Under the pieces are notes generated by a model. That model saw only the letters and a program-made list of their open reading frames with translations, ran no database searches and had not been told where the DNA came from. 33,429 bases of DNA from a virus (lineage: Duplodnaviria > Caudoviricetes), in IMG/VR virus record IMGVR_UViG_3300020469_000142, positions 1 to 33,429 of that record; one strand, written 5' to 3'. The position numbers and the translations under genes are program-made. Positions 24,588 to 33,429 of the stretch are shown here, one piece after another (positions within the stretch are counted from its first letter, which is position 1; each line of letters starts with the position of its first letter).

Positions 24588-27500
24588 ATGGGAATTACGA
24601 AAGTTAGAAATTATAACATAGCGCCGTACTACGATGACTATGATGAAACTAAAAATTATCACCGAATACAATTTAGACCTGGCCATGCTGTTCAAGCAAG
24701 AGAGTTAACTCAATTACAAACTGCGTTACAGTCTCAACTAGATAAGCTAGGACAATATAATTTTAAAGATGGTTCAAGAGTTGTTGGTGGTAAAGTAACT
24801 CTTAATACTGAATATGATTTTATTAAACTTACTAACGCATCCTTTAATCATAGTTCAGTTACATATGACACTACATATCAAGCTGCTAATCTAAATGCAT
24901 TGGTTGGTACAACTATTACCGGTACAGGAAATAGTGGAAATCAAATAACAGCATTAGTATTACAAGCCGTTGCTGCTAGTGGATCTGATCCAAATACTCT
25001 TTATATTAAATATGAAGGTTCTGGTGGCGCCAATAAAACTATAGAAAAATTTGTAGCTGATGAAGTATTTACAAACAGCGCAGGAACTCCTATTGTTGGT
25101 AAGGTTGGAGCTGCTGGTGTTACACCTACAGGACAAGGCTCAGTTGTTAACATAGAAGAAGGCGCATATTTTATTGCGGGAACTTTTGTTTATGTTGCAT
25201 CCGGATCTTTACTACTAGACAAATATACAAATACACCAAGTAATATTATTGGTTTAAAAGTTACAGAAACGTTTGATGTTGATAACGCGACTGATGTATC
25301 ACTTAATGATAACGCACAAGGTACTCCAAACTTTGCAGCTCCTGGTGCTCATCGATATAAGATTGCTACTGAACTTATTAAAGAAGATCCAGCAAATCCT
25401 AATTCAACACATCCAAGTTATATCACACTACTTAAAGTAACTAATGGTGTTATACAAGTCGATTCTACAGATAAAACTGGTGGGACTGAGTTAAGTTCTA
25501 GATTAGCTAGAAGAACTCATGAAGAATCAGGTAACTATGCGGTAAGACCATTTACTCTTGACATAAGAGAACATTTAGACGATGGTGCTGGTAACGGTGG
25601 TTATTTAACATCTGGAAACGGCGGTGTTGGTACTAAATTGGCAGTAGGTGTTGAACCTTCAGTTGCTTATGTACAAGGCTTTAGAGTAGAAAACTTAGCA
25701 ACTAAATATGTTGCAGTTGATAAGCCAAGAGATCATGTTAACGAGAATCAACAGTCTATTTCTATGCAGCTTGGTAACTTTGTTAAAGCTACTACAAATA
25801 CAATAACAGGTATACCAGATCTTGGTGGTACAAATGGCGCATATAAAACTGTTTCTCTCAGTGGTGGTGGCGCAGCAGGTACATGTAGAATAAGAGGTAT
25901 TGAAGAATTTACCGGTGGTATTACACATATATTCTTATTTGATATTGTAATGTCATCAGGAAGTTTTAGTACTGTTACTACTCTTGCTCAAACAAATCCA
26001 TCAGGCCAAGATTTTAGTGCAACACTGGTTGGTGCAAATGTTGGTACAAGATTTGATACTGGTAATAATGGACTAGTATTTAAATTACCATTTACTGCAG
26101 TTAAATCACTATTAGATTCATCGCCTCAAGATCCACCTACTTTTGTTACAAGACAAAGAATGCAAGCATCAGTTACAGGTACGGGAGCGACAGCTGCGGT
26201 TTCATTTAATAACTTTGGTGGTACATTAGAATCCAATTCAGATATAATGATTGCTGTAGGCGGCAATGCTCCTCAAATGGTACCGGCCGGTAACGTAGCA
26301 ACAGCCGTAGGTTCTACTACACTTACAATTAATAATACTGGTAGCGCAATTACCGGTATGGCAAGTGGTACTCCGCATGTACAAGTAGCTTTTTCAGTAC
26401 GTAAGACTACAACTGGTCTTAAGACTAAAACAAAACAAACTATTGGGCCTACAAACTTTACGTATAGCTCATCGGCAGGTAATATACCATTAGATAAATC
26501 TGACATTAAAAGAGTTACTGCTATTACAATAGGTGGAGTTGATAAACTATCATCCTTTACACTAGACAATGGACAAAGAGATAATTACTATGATGAAGGT
26601 AAACTTATTCCAGTTGATGCACTTGCCAATGGTACAGTTGTAAGTGTAACCTTTGAACATTATCAACATGGTAATGGTGATTACTTTACTGTAGATTCAT
26701 ATGATACAAGTGAATACGAAACTATTCCAGCCTTTGATGGTATAAAAGGAAGAGTTGAATTAAGAGACTGTATAGACTTTAGACCAACTAAAGCTTCAGC
26801 AGGTTCGTTTAATGCAGACACAGTATTTACAGCAGGCACGGGATCATCTAATTCTGATACACCTAAGCCAGGCTCAATACTATTAGCTGACGTATCTCAC
26901 TATCTACCAAGAATAGATAAGCTGTATATTACAAGGGAAGGCGAATTTAAAGTAGCCACTGGTGTAGCTGATAGAAATCCTCAGTCACCAGACGATCCAA
27001 ACGATGCAATGGTTATTTACAACCTTAAGTTTTTACCGTATGTATTTAAACCATCAGAACTATTACCAGAAAAGATTGATAACAAACGTTATACGATGCG
27101 TGATATTGGTGCATTGGATAAAAGAATTAAGAACCTTGAGTATTATACATCGCTATCATTACTCGAAAAAGAAGCGGCTGATACTCAGATATTCTCTGGT
27201 TCAGATGAAAGACTTAAGAATGGTTTCTTAGTTGATGGATTCTATGGGCATAACGTAGGTAATGTAACACATCCAGATTATTCAGTAGCTATTGATAAAG
27301 GTAACGGTATATTACGTCCTAAGTATTATGAAGATAACGTTAATCTTATAAGGCATGCTGCATCTCCTGGTACGGCTGTTAAAAATGGATCTATTGTAAC
27401 ACTTCCGTTTGGTCATACAGAATTTGCCAAACAGCCTTATGCAACCATGTCCGAATTTGTTAATCCATATAACGTATTCTCATGGGGCGGTCAAATTAAA

Positions 27501-29924
27501 ATATCGCCTGAGTCTGATGAATGGAAAGATACAGAAGTAAGACCAGATGTAGTAATCGATGATGAAGGTGTATATGACCAATTGGTTGCACAAGCTGAAG
27601 AGTCGGGTATACTTGGTACTGTATGGAATGAATGGGAAACTAATTGGACCGGTACAGAAATTACAACCACCACCGAAGCTGGTGGAGGCGGTGGCGGCGG
27701 AGGCGGCCGCGGAGGCGGCGGCGGAGCCGGAGGTGGTCGTTGGTTTAGACGTGGTCGAAGAACTGGCGGTGAAACAACTACTATTGCTACAACCACTACT
27801 TCAAATCAGGCAAGGACTGGTTTAAGAACAACAGTCGTACCAGATACTCAATTAAAAGAATTAGGTTCAAGAGTTGTAGAGACTAACTTTATACCATTCA
27901 TACGTTCAAGAAAGATTATGTTTAAAGCTGAACTTATGAAACCAAATACAAAAGTATTCGCATTCTTTAATGGTTCAAACGTAACTGATTATTGTGCAGA
28001 AGAATCATATAGTGAATTTTCTGATCAAACATCAGTACAGGGTTATAGTGGAGTAACATCACACCCATCAAATAGTGACCTAATTACAGATGCATCTGGT
28101 AGAGTAGAAGGTTCATTTATTATACCACGTAATAACTTACTTAAGTTTAAAACTGGTACAAGAGAGTTTAGATTAACGGACTCTAGCACAAACGATAGAA
28201 CAGCTGAAATAACATTTGCTGAAGCATTATACCATGCACAGGGTTTGCTTGAAGTAAAAGAAAACGTTATTATATCTACAAAGGTTCCTAAGTTTGTAAC
28301 TAGTGAATTAACTGCTGATAGAGTTGTACAAGAAACAGCTATTACAAGATTTACAACTCCAGTAAGATGGGTAGATCCATTAGCACAAACATTTATTATT
28401 GATCAGGTTGGTGGTATATTTGCCACGAAGCTAGATCTTTTTGTACAGGCAAAAGATACTAGTATTCCATTAAATGTTTCTATACGTTCTGTAGAAAATG
28501 GTATACCTACACAACAAATTGTTCCTGGTACAGATGTTAACATATATCCTGGTTCTATTACAACTTCAACTGATGGTTCAGTCGGTACAACAGTAACGTT
28601 TGACTATCCAGTTTATTTAGGACAAGATCAAGAATACGCAATCGTTCTTATATCACAGTCTGATGAGTACAAAGTATTTATCGCAGAAACTGGTGGATTT
28701 GATTTACAGAATACAGCCAATAGGGTTACTAAGCAGCCTTATAACGGAGTATTCTTTACATCGCAAAACGCATCAACATGGACTCCTGAACAAACTAAGG
28801 ATTTGAAGTTTACTTTATTTAGAGCTAACTTTACATCGACAACTGCTACACTTACCATGACTAATGATAATGTGCCGGTAAGAGCGTTAAAGAATAATCC
28901 ATTTAGATATGTTTCAAATAGTACTAATAGCGTTATTAGAGTTACTCATCCAAATCACGGAATGTACGGAGCAAATAATAAAGTAACTATTGATGATCAA
29001 AGTGGTACAGTAAATGGTATTACTGCAGCACAAATGAATACTACACATGATGTTATAAGTGCTTCAATTGAAACAGATTCTTATGCAATACAAATTAATG
29101 GAGTAGCGGCTACTGCAATAGGTATTGATGGTGGTGGATCAGGTATTACTGCTACAGAAAATAGACAGTATAATATTTTAGTTCCACAAGTACAGACATT
29201 AGAAGTTCCTGGAACATCTGTTGGATTTAGTCTTGAAGCACAATCAGGTAAATCAATTGATGGCGCAGAAAGTGCATATGTTAAAACACCAATTGGTGGA
29301 ATATTAGCTAACTCTAATAATGAGTTTACATCACCATTAACTATTGCATCAACAATTAATGAAACTAATTATACAACAGACTCAAGTGCTGGTAATAAAT
29401 CAGCTGTGGTTACTGCAACATTAAGTGGTAGTTCAACCTTATCGCCTGTTATCGATATGAACAGATGTTCGCTTACAGTAGTTGGTAATAGATTAAACGA
29501 TGCAACTACAAATTCAGCGCAATATAATGATGCTGCAAATGGACAAACATACGTAGCAGATACAGCTGCTCAAGGTATATCAAACTTAAATAGATATATT
29601 ACCAAGAGAGTTGATTTGAATAATGAGGCTGATGTTTTAGATGTATTCTTAAATGCTAATAAACCAGCAGGTGCTAATATAGACTTATACTTTAAAGTAT
29701 TAGCTGCTGGTGATGATAGTGACTTTGATAGTTTAATATGGACTGCAGCACCACCCGATACAGCAATAGTAACAAATGACTCTGGAGCATATAACGAAGT
29801 ACATTATACAATAGATCCTGCAATTGGTAAGTTTGGATCCTTTGCATTTAAGATCGTATTAAGGTCTACTAATACTTCTAATGTTCCAACAATAAAAGAC
29901 TTTAGAGCAGTGGCGGCAACATAA
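24588..29924 (+). CDS. large VrlC-like virion structural protein, 1778 aa
   Basis: PYYDDYD..KNY.R..FRPG.AVQARELTQ.Q, APGAHRYKI, LARRT.EESG.Y, YTMRDIG.L.KRI.NLEYYTSLSLLE, KNGF.VD.F, DPLAQTF, SQNASTWT. Confidence 0.85.
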   Translation: MGITKVRNYNIAPYYDDYDETKNYHRIQFRPGHAVQARELTQLQTALQSQLDKLGQYNFKDGSRVVGGKVTLNTEYDFIKLTNASFNHSSVTYDTTYQAANLNALVGTTITGTGNSGNQITALVLQAVAASGSDPNTLYIKYEGSGGANKTIEKFVADEVFTNSAGTPIVGKVGAAGVTPTGQGSVVNIEEGAYFIAGTFVYVASGSLLLDKYTNTPSNIIGLKVTETFDVDNATDVSLNDNAQGTPNFAAPGAHRYKIATELIKEDPANPNSTHPSYITLLKVTNGVIQVDSTDKTGGTELSSRLARRTHEESGNYAVRPFTLDIREHLDDGAGNGGYLTSGNGGVGTKLAVGVEPSVAYVQGFRVENLATKYVAVDKPRDHVNENQQSISMQLGNFVKATTNTITGIPDLGGTNGAYKTVSLSGGGAAGTCRIRGIEEFTGGITHIFLFDIVMSSGSFSTVTTLAQTNPSGQDFSATLVGANVGTRFDTGNNGLVFKLPFTAVKSLLDSSPQDPPTFVTRQRMQASVTGTGATAAVSFNNFGGTLESNSDIMIAVGGNAPQMVPAGNVATAVGSTTLTINNTGSAITGMASGTPHVQVAFSVRKTTTGLKTKTKQTIGPTNFTYSSSAGNIPLDKSDIKRVTAITIGGVDKLSSFTLDNGQRDNYYDEGKLIPVDALANGTVVSVTFEHYQHGNGDYFTVDSYDTSEYETIPAFDGIKGRVELRDCIDFRPTKASAGSFNADTVFTAGTGSSNSDTPKPGSILLADVSHYLPRIDKLYITREGEFKVATGVADRNPQSPDDPNDAMVIYNLKFLPYVFKPSELLPEKIDNKRYTMRDIGALDKRIKNLEYYTSLSLLEKEAADTQIFSGSDERLKNGFLVDGFYGHNVGNVTHPDYSVAIDKGNGILRPKYYEDNVNLIRHAASPGTAVKNGSIVTLPFGHTEFAKQPYATMSEFVNPYNVFSWGGQIKISPESDEWKDTEVRPDVVIDDEGVYDQLVAQAEESGILGTVWNEWETNWTGTEITTTTEAGGGGGGGGGRGGGGGAGGGRWFRRGRRTGGETTTIATTTTSNQARTGLRTTVVPDTQLKELGSRVVETNFIPFIRSRKIMFKAELMKPNTKVFAFFNGSNVTDYCAEESYSEFSDQTSVQGYSGVTSHPSNSDLITDASGRVEGSFIIPRNNLLKFKTGTREFRLTDSSTNDRTAEITFAEALYHAQGLLEVKENVIISTKVPKFVTSELTADRVVQETAITRFTTPVRWVDPLAQTFIIDQVGGIFATKLDLFVQAKDTSIPLNVSIRSVENGIPTQQIVPGTDVNIYPGSITTSTDGSVGTTVTFDYPVYLGQDQEYAIVLISQSDEYKVFIAETGGFDLQNTANRVTKQPYNGVFFTSQNASTWTPEQTKDLKFTLFRANFTSTTATLTMTNDNVPVRALKNNPFRYVSNSTNSVIRVTHPNHGMYGANNKVTIDDQSGTVNGITAAQMNTTHDVISASIETDSYAIQINGVAATAIGIDGGGSGITATENRQYNILVPQVQTLEVPGTSVGFSLEAQSGKSIDGAESAYVKTPIGGILANSNNEFTSPLTIASTINETNYTTDSSAGNKSAVVTATLSGSSTLSPVIDMNRCSLTVVGNRLNDATTNSAQYNDAANGQTYVADTAAQGISNLNRYITKRVDLNNEADVLDVFLNANKPAGANIDLYFKVLAAGDDSDFDSLIWTAAPPDTAIVTNDSGAYNEVHYTIDPAIGKFGSFAFKIVLRSTNTSNVPTIKDFRAVAAT
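27681..27737 (+). repeat. GGN-codon poly-glycine tract inside the VrlC-like gene
   Basis: ggtggaggcggtggcggcggaggcggccgcggaggcggcggcggagccggaggtggt, encoding G9-R-G5-A-G3. Confidence 0.9.
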
Positions 29925-29925
29925 T

Positions 29926-30144
29926 ATGGCAAGAAAGAAAACATTAAAAGTTGAAGATAATCCGGATTTATTAAAAGATTTAAGTAGTGGAGCTGTTATA
30001 AATACTAATAACGGTGCTTACGAAGCAAGATTAGCTCAAATAAACAAAAGAAAATTAGATGAACAGCAGTCGGCTGATATCGAAGATATGAAAATGCAGA
30101 TTGCTGATCTTACTAAATTAGTTAAAAAATTGGTAGATAAATAA
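29926..30144 (+). CDS. small protein following VrlC-like gene, C-terminal coiled coil
   Basis: KVE.NPDL.KD..SGAVINT...Y pattern; tight spacing with neighbours. Confidence 0.82.
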   Translation: MARKKTLKVEDNPDLLKDLSSGAVINTNNGAYEARLAQINKRKLDEQQSADIEDMKMQIADLTKLVKKLVDK

Positions 30145-33100
30145 TGGCTGCAAATAACGAAACAAAAGTACAAAAAAGTAATACTCTTGAACAATGGAGA
30201 GTAGCAACTAATACTGTATCACACCATGTTGGTGATATAAATTTACTTGATTCCAGATTAACCGATAAAATATTTACTTTTACCGGAGATGGAGCTACTA
30301 CAAGATTTGGATTTGGTACTGATACAGGTTCTAAAACATTAAGAATCGAGTTACAACCTGAGAATCCCATTGATGCAATCGCACAAATTATTCTTACTGG
30401 ATCTCCTAGTTTAACTGGCTTCGCAGCAGATGTAGTTGTATTCCAAGGATCTGTTGGATCAGAAACTTTTACGGGTACTATTAATTATATTAGTGCAAAT
30501 AGAATAGTACTTAGAAATATTACCGGTACTTTTAACGCAAGTGCTGATCTTAAATATGCGTCAAATACAATTGGTAATGCTAATCTTGTAAGACTTATTT
30601 CTGAAAGTTATAATACAGGTTATGCTAAAGTTCAAGTTGACGGTAATACACAAGTACAATCTGTAGCAGACGGTTCTCAAGCTGGTTATCATATACTTAA
30701 CTATTCATTGGAAGTTGCATTAACTGGATCTCCAAGTATACCAGCCTCATTTACTGAAGGCGCAGTTGTAACACAATCCGGTGGATTTTCTGGTACTTTG
30801 TTAGAAGCTAGCACCACTCACTTAAGATTTAAATCACACACCGGTACTTTTAGTACATCACAAAATGCTGGTATACCACATGGCGATGCATCTAATAGAC
30901 TATTAGCAGCTAATTTATCAAGTACAACAGCTAAAGATACAGCCATTGGTACTGTTGTTGAATTCCATACGGCACCAGGATCAGGCGATGCAATTACAAT
31001 TGATGCACAAAATCTAGTCGACTCTATTACAGAAGTACAAGATGATGTAGGTACTATTACTAATCTTGGTACTACTAATAAATCTGATATAGTAAATGCT
31101 ATTAATGAAATAGAAGATGCCTCAAGAGGAGCAAATGCAAATTATAACTTAGGTACAGCTGCTCAAAACTTTAGAGATGGTATTAATGAACTAGAAGGTG
31201 CAGTAAGAGGTACACTTGCAAACTATACCTTAGGAACTACAAATACTGCTCATGGATTAGTAGGAGCTGTTAATGAATTAGAAACTGCAGTAAGAGGAAC
31301 TACTGGTAATTATACTATAGGTACTGACTCTAATGATCTTGTTGGAGCTGTTAATGAAATAGAAACAGCATTACGTGGTGGTGGCAGTAATTATACATTA
31401 GGTACTACAGCTACAAATATAGTTGCTGGTATTAATGAAATAGAAACAGCTCTTAGAGGAAGTGGCTCAAACTATACTTTAAATACTGCAGCTAACGATG
31501 TAGTAGCAGCAATTAATGAGCATGAAACTGATATAGGTACTGTTGGTAACCTAACAACTTCAGCTACAAACCTTACTTTAGCAATTAACGAATTGGATCT
31601 AAAACAAGGTGCCGCTGCTTTAGGAACATCAGCGACCACATTGTCTGGTGCTATTAACGAACTACATGGTGAAATTAATACACTAGATACTAATCACTTA
31701 AATAAAAATTTAGCGGCTAATGTTAATCAAAATGTTACTGGTTCTATAACCTTTACTGGTGATTCAGTAGACTTTTCAAATACCACAGCATTGTTTTCAG
31801 CAGCTGGTGGTGTAGCCAACTTTGGATCAGCCTTTGTTAACTTAAATGCTACATCCGCTTCTGGATCTAATGTTGCTTTACAAGGATTGCAGGTTGATAG
31901 AACTGCAATTAGTGGCGGAGCTGCTACTCATGATGTAAGACTAATATGGAATGAAGGCTTAGTAGCTAGTAAGCCAGATAGAGCATGGCAATTAAGAGGA
32001 ATGACTACAAGTGGAGCAGATAATACTGCCGATATAGTTACATTCTATAATGCACAAGATTTAATAGCAAATAATACAGAATCTGGTATTGCGGTTACAT
32101 GGGATTCAACAAATCAAAACTTTGACTTTAACGTAGCTGATCCCACACTTACATTTACTGGAGATGTTACGGGTTCCGGAACAATAACTAATTTAGGCAA
32201 TTTAAGTGTTGCTTTAACTGTACAGCCTAACTCAGTAGCTTTAGGAACAGATACAACTGGCAATTATATTTCAACAATAGCCGGAACATCAAATCAAATA
32301 ACTGTTTCTGGATCTGGTTCAGAAACATCTGCAGTCACATTAAGCTTACCTTCTAGCGTAGCCATTTCTGGTGAAATGGAAGCTGGGTCTTTAGATATTA
32401 ATGGTAATGCAGATATATCTGGTAATCTAGTTACTCATGGAAATTTAAATGTTAATGGTAATACTACACTAGGTAACGCATCTAGTGATACAGTTTCTAT
32501 TCCAGGTAATATGACAATTACTGGTGACTTAACTGTTAATGGTACGAATACAATATTAAATACATCAACACTAGAAGTTGAAGATACATTAATACTTACC
32601 GGTACTTCAAGTACTGAGCCAACTACTGGTGGATTCGGTATTGAAACAAGATCATTTACTGGCGTAGGTACTCATGCAAATAACGCATCCAATGTAACTG
32701 GTTCACATTCATTTGTATATAACTTTGCAGCTAACGGTGGTGCAGGAGAATGGCAAGCAGACGGTGTTCGTATATTAGATGATGTTAATAGTATTATTGT
32801 ACCAGAAGTTAAAATTAATAGTGGAACACCTATTGCTTTAAATGGTTCAAGAGATTTAAATCTTATTGGTGGTACTGGAATTACAGCAAGTGGCGGTTTA
32901 AGCGGTAGTAATATTAACTTTACATTTACTCATGATAGGTTAGCACCTAATGAAATGATATTCAAAAATATTGCTGCTGACTCAGGTGGCACTGCAACAG
33001 CAAATAGTAATAATGATACGCTTACTATATCGGGTGGATCTGGATTGGCATCTGCAAGATCAGGCGATACAATTACAATTAATCATGATGATACTTCTAG

Positions 33101-33429
33101 CCAAGCTTCAATTAATAATTCCAATGGAACTGTAATACAAGATATTACTCTTGATACATTTGGTCATATTACTGCAATTGGTTCAGTTAATCTTGATACC
33201 AGGTATTCAACTAATCCTGTTAATTTAACTGGTAACCAAACAATTGCAGGAACTAAAACATTTAGTTCAACTATTAGCGGTTCAATTAATGGTAATGCTG
33301 CGACTTTTACTAGCCAAGCAAACTCAGCCACAATTACTGCAGCTACAGCTGGTACCGCTAACCAAATTGCATTAAGAGATGCCAGTGGTCAATTAACAGC
33401 AGCAAGATTCTTAGGACCTATAACACCAT
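30144..33429 (+). CDS. tail fibre / structural fibre protein (partial, at least 1095 aa, runs off the window end)
   Basis: Not in ORF track; ATG 30144 (TAATG overlap) MAANNETKVQKSNTLEQWRVATN; same frame read at start, middle and end (...ARFLGPITP); G/T/S/N-rich with AINE repeats. Confidence 0.88.
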   Translation, partial: MAANNETKVQKSNTLEQWRVATNTVSHHVGDINLLDSRLTDKIFTFTGDGATTRFGFGTDTGSKTLRIELQPENPIDAIAQIILTGSPSLTGFAADVVVFQGSVGSETFTGTINYISANRIVLRNITGTFNASADLKYASNTIGNANLVRLISESYNTGYAKVQVDGNTQVQSVADGSQAGYHILNYSLEVALTGSPSIPASFTEGAVVTQSGGFSGTLLEASTTHLRFKSHTGTFSTSQNAGIPHGDASNRLLAANLSSTTAKDTAIGTVVEFHTAPGSGDAITIDAQNLVDSITEVQDDVGTITNLGTTNKSDIVNAINEIEDASRGANANYNLGTAAQNFRDGINELEGAVRGTLANYTLGTTNTAHGLVGAVNELETAVRGTTGNYTIGTDSNDLVGAVNEIETALRGGGSNYTLGTTATNIVAGINEIETALRGSGSNYTLNTAANDVVAAINEHETDIGTVGNLTTSATNLTLAINELDLKQGAAALGTSATTLSGAINELHGEINTLDTNHLNKNLAANVNQNVTGSITFTGDSVDFSNTTALFSAAGGVANFGSAFVNLNATSASGSNVALQGLQVDRTAISGGAATHDVRLIWNEGLVASKPDRAWQLRGMTTSGADNTADIVTFYNAQDLIANNTESGIAVTWDSTNQNFDFNVADPTLTFTGDVTGSGTITNLGNLSVALTVQPNSVALGTDTTGNYISTIAGTSNQITVSGSGSETSAVTLSLPSSVAISGEMEAGSLDINGNADISGNLVTHGNLNVNGNTTLGNASSDTVSIPGNMTITGDLTVNGTNTILNTSTLEVEDTLILTGTSSTEPTTGGFGIETRSFTGVGTHANNASNVTGSHSFVYNFAANGGAGEWQADGVRILDDVNSIIVPEVKINSGTPIALNGSRDLNLIGGTGITASGGLSGSNINFTFTHDRLAPNEMIFKNIAADSGGTATANSNNDTLTISGGSGLASARSGDTITINHDDTSSQASINNSNGTVIQDITLDTFGHITAIGSVNLDTRYSTNPVNLTGNQTIAGTKTFSSTISGSINGNAATFTSQANSATITAATAGTANQIALRDASGQLTAARFLGPITP
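31011..31670 (+). repeat. eight tandem 23-29-aa repeats ending in (A/G)(I/V)NE in the fibre stalk
   Basis: e.g. LETAVRGTTGNYTIGTDSNDLVGAVNE, IETALRGGGSNYTLGTTATNIVAGINE, IETALRGSGSNYTLNTAANDVVAAINE. Confidence 0.88.

Noticed and set aside
27491-27825. Poly-Pro minus-strand ORF and EAAA-repeat alternative-frame ORF
   Set aside because: By-products of the GGN glycine tract in the VrlC-like gene.
30144-33429. Diversity-generating retroelement target in the fibre gene
   Set aside because: No reverse transcriptase or template/variable repeat pair in the window; the gene's 3' end is not visible.

Overview
A 33.4-kb, AT-rich segment of a T4-like (contractile-tailed) phage genome; the gene set and order resemble marine T4-like myoviruses, but the host cannot be read from this window. 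Positions 1-4.6 kb are an early accessory region of about 16 small ORFs driven by four related sigma70-type promoter cassettes (TTTACA-N17-TATAAT with phased A-tracts). Next come a 386-aa unknown gene and the T4 core genes 33, 59 and 32, then a minus-strand late operon (genes 4, 2, 54-like, 26, 51-like, a 2-TM protein and a probable tape measure). A divergent plus-strand baseplate/tail operon follows: 48, 53, hub-like, a short lysozyme-less 5, an unknown gene, 25, 6, 7, 8, a 1778-aa VrlC-like protein and a tail fibre that runs off the window end. Three signals stand out beyond the gene calls. (1) A GC-rich intergenic hairpin at 4622-4675 whose apex is the exact 13-nt antisense of the ribosome-binding site shared by the phage's own early-promoter cassettes, a candidate anti-Shine-Dalgarno small RNA for early-gene shut-off. 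(2) An in-frame T TTT TTT slippery site that would fuse gp26 to the gp51-like domain by -1 frameshifting, just upstream of the tape measure gene. (3) Structured non-coding elements before gene 33 and after gene 32. All family assignments come from motif recognition and synteny, and all RNA pairings were done by eye; no searches or folding programs were run.
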